The position numbers and the translations under genes are program-made. Shown here piece by piece: positions 47,470 through 49,240 of a stretch of DNA of 49,240 nt; within the stretch, counting starts at the first letter, position 1; every line of letters begins with the position of its first letter. Under the pieces are notes generated by a model. That model was given only the letters and a program-made list of their open reading frames with translations. It was not told the origin of the DNA and made no database searches. This stretch comes from an uncultured bacterium (GTDB lineage Bacteria; Fidelibacterota; Marinisomatia; Marinisomatales; Marinisomataceae). The DNA is taken from assembly GCA_964606555.1 (NCBI GenBank), contig CAZSGU010000002.1:1-49240 (forward strand), read 5' to 3'.

Positions 47470-47491
47470 TTTCTTTAATAACCATTTTTAT

Positions 47492-47499
47492 TAAATTTG
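47492..47499 (+). promoter_or_regulatory. TAAATTTG box, 6 nt upstream of the ftsH ATG
   Basis: Exact TAnnTTTG match in the 36-nt tilS-ftsH gap, identical to the octamer at 6892-6899. Confidence 0.3.
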
Positions 47500-47505
47500 T
47501 GCCCT

Positions 47506-49240
47506 ATGCCAAAAACAAAAAAAAGAACAAAAAAAAATTTAAAGCCGAAACAAAAACCGAGCAATTCTAGTCCATTAATATGGATGGCAATCCTTTCCTT
47601 TGTGATCTTTGCGTTATATGTTCTTCCTAACGATATGAATAATGAAGTTGAAATTTCATATAATTCCTATCAACAAAAATTATCAAATAAAGAAATAGAA
47701 AGTGCTACTATCGGAAAAGATAACTCCTTCCATGGAACATTAGAAAAAGAACAGAATCTTGAGGATAAAAATGGAATTACTCATAAACAACCTACAACAA
47801 AATTTGTAGCTTATTTACCATCTGACTATTCTGCACAAATAGAATTATGGGAAGAAGCAGGTATTACATACAATTTTGAAGGAGAAAAAATTAATTGGAC
47901 TAGTTGGTTATTAGGATTTGCACCTTGGTTGCTTTTAATTGCATTTTGGATATTCATGATTAGAAGAATGCAAAACACAAATAGTGGGATGAACAATGTA
48001 TTCAGTTTTGGTAAAAGTAAAGCAAAAATGTTTTCTTCGAATCTTCCAAAAGTCAAATTTTTAGACGTTGCTGGTTGTGTAGAGGCAAAAGAAGAGCTAG
48101 AAGAAGTAATTTTATATCTTAAAAGTCCTAAAAAATTCCAAAAACTTGGAGGAAAGATACCAAAAGGCGTTTTATTAGTTGGTCCTCCAGGGACCGGCAA
48201 AACTCTATTGGCTAGAGCCGTTGCGGGAGAAGCAAGTGTTCCATTCTTAAGTATTAGTGGAGCTGAGTTTGTTGAAATGTTTGTAGGAGTTGGTGCTTCG
48301 AGAGTAAGAGATTTATTTGAACAGGCAAAGAAACATGCTCCTTCAATTATATTCATAGATGAATTAGATGCTGTAGGAAGACAACGAGGTGCTGGATTAG
48401 GCGGAGGACATGATGAAAGAGAACAAACATTAAACCAACTTTTAGTAGAGTTAGATGGTTTTGAAAATAATCACAATGTAATTGTAATGGCTGCTACTAA
48501 TAGGCCTGATGTTCTTGATTCTGCATTGTTAAGACCAGGAAGATTTGATCGACAAGTTGTTGTGGATATTCCTGATTTAAATGGAAGACATGACATTCTA
48601 AAAATACATACAAAGAAAATCAAAATTAATTCAAAATCAGTCAATTTACTTGATATTGCAAAAGGTACACCAGGGATGGTTGGAGCTGATTTAGCAAATC
48701 TTGTTAATGAAGCAGCATTACTTGCATCTAGAAAAAGAAAGAAAAGTGTTGATAATGAAGATTTTGAAGATGCAAAAGATAAAGTTATTATGGGGGTTCA
48801 AAGAAAGAGTATGATTCTTTCTGAAGATGAAAAGAAAATTACTGCTTATCATGAAGCTGGCCATGCTGTTGTTGCTCTTTTTACACCTGAAGCAGATCCT
48901 GTTCACAAAGTAACAATTATTCCTCGAGGAAGAGCTCTTGGTGTTACTATGCAACTACCTTTAGATGAAAAACACGGATATTCAAAAAAATATATTACAG
49001 GTAGGCTTGCTGTGATGATGGGAGGCAGATCTGCAGAAGAAATAATTTTTAATGAAATTACGACAGGTGCTTCAAATGATATTGAAAGAGCAACAAGTAT
49101 TGCTAGAAAAATGGTTTGTGAATGGGGAATGAGTGATAAGTTAGGTCCAATGTCATTTGGTAAAAAGAATGAAGAAATTTTCTTGGGAAGAGAAATACAA
49201 TCACACAGAGATTATAGTGAAAAAACTGCTCAAGAAATTG
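47506..49240 (+). CDS. ftsH: ATP-dependent zinc metalloprotease FtsH (3' end beyond the window)
   Basis: Not in the ORF track because there is no stop in the window. The frame from ATG 47506 stays open to the window end. It has two TM helices, Walker A GPPGTGKT, Walker [32 protein letters not shown] and the zinc motif HEAGHAV. Confidence 0.92.
   Translation, partial: MPKTKKRTKKNLKPKQKPSNSSPLIWMAILSFVIFALYVLPNDMNNEVEISYNSYQQKLSNKEIESATIGKDNSFHGTLEKEQNLEDKNGITHKQPTTKFVAYLPSDYSAQIELWEEAGITYNFEGEKINWTSWLLGFAPWLLLIAFWIFMIRRMQNTNSGMNNVFSFGKSKAKMFSSNLPKVKFLDVAGCVEAKEELEEVILYLKSPKKFQKLGGKIPKGVLLVGPPGTGKTLLARAVAGEASVPFLSISGAEFVEMFVGVGASRVRDLFEQAKKHAPSIIFIDELDAVGRQRGAGLGGGHDEREQTLNQLLVELDGFENNHNVIVMAATNRPDVLDSALLRPGRFDRQVVVDIPDLNGRHDILKIHTKKIKINSKSVNLLDIAKGTPGMVGADLANLVNEAALLASRKRKKSVDNEDFEDAKDKVIMGVQRKSMILSEDEKKITAYHEAGHAVVALFTPEADPVHKVTIIPRGRALGVTMQLPLDEKHGYSKKYITGRLAVMMGGRSAEEIIFNEITTGASNDIERATSIARKMVCEWGMSDKLGPMSFGKKNEEIFLGREIQSHRDYSEKTAQEI

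Noticed and set aside
47826-48356. 176-aa ORF on the minus strand
   Set aside because: It lies entirely antisense to the AAA+ domain of ftsH, whose + strand frame carries unmistakable Walker A/B and SRH motifs. Its low-complexity product has no recognisable features. This is a typical shadow ORF.
1-49240. Search for CRISPR arrays, long tandem or inverted repeats, IS elements, rRNA genes or large non-coding RNAs
   Set aside because: None was seen by eye. The longest non-coding gaps are about 70 nt, too short for riboswitches or structured RNAs. I cannot exclude short dispersed repeats without a computational self-comparison.

Overview
This is an AT-rich, very gene-dense stretch of bacterial chromosome. 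I count about 53 protein-coding genes and one tRNA. All but five features lie on the + strand. I saw no rRNA, CRISPR array, transposase, integrase or obvious defence island.

The content is mostly housekeeping:
- Cell wall: mltG, an MltD-like lytic transglycosylase.
- DNA: a UvrD/PcrA-family helicase, scpA/scpB, an HU/IHF-type protein.
- Translation: trpS, serS, rpsA, tsaD, tilS, rluB.
- Lipid and cofactor synthesis: plsC, nadK, ispH, dxs, pdxS/pdxT.
- Quality control: ftsH.

Two respiratory modules stand out.
- A complete Na+-NQR operon (nqrA-F) with apbE, an unannotated Cys-rich micro-ORF (NqrM-like) and an NhaD-type antiporter.
- A System I cytochrome c maturation cluster in the order ccmE-F-(29-aa ORF)-A-B-C-D. 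Its CcmE carries CxxxY instead of HxxxY, which is the 'variant System I' signature.

Other notable items:
- An archaeal-type (class II) GAPDH homologue.
- A 31-aa bS22/mS38-like basic peptide gene with one of the few Shine-Dalgarno sequences in the window.
- A recurring TAA(A)TT(T)G box 4-9 nt upstream of start codons, suggesting near-leaderless transcripts.
- A YhaM-like protein whose HD dyad reads HQ.
- A tRNA-Asp wedged between two CDSs with 1-nt and 8-nt spacers.

Several features suggest a streamlined marine member of the FCB (Bacteroidota-like) superphylum: a DUF3098-like protein, the general lack of SD sequences, TAnnTTTG-like boxes, the bS22-like peptide and NQR. This lineage call is inference only.

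I do not see a clear wholly new multi-gene system. The best leads are the four micro-ORFs missing from the ORF track, the variant ccm cluster and the promoter/leaderless pattern.
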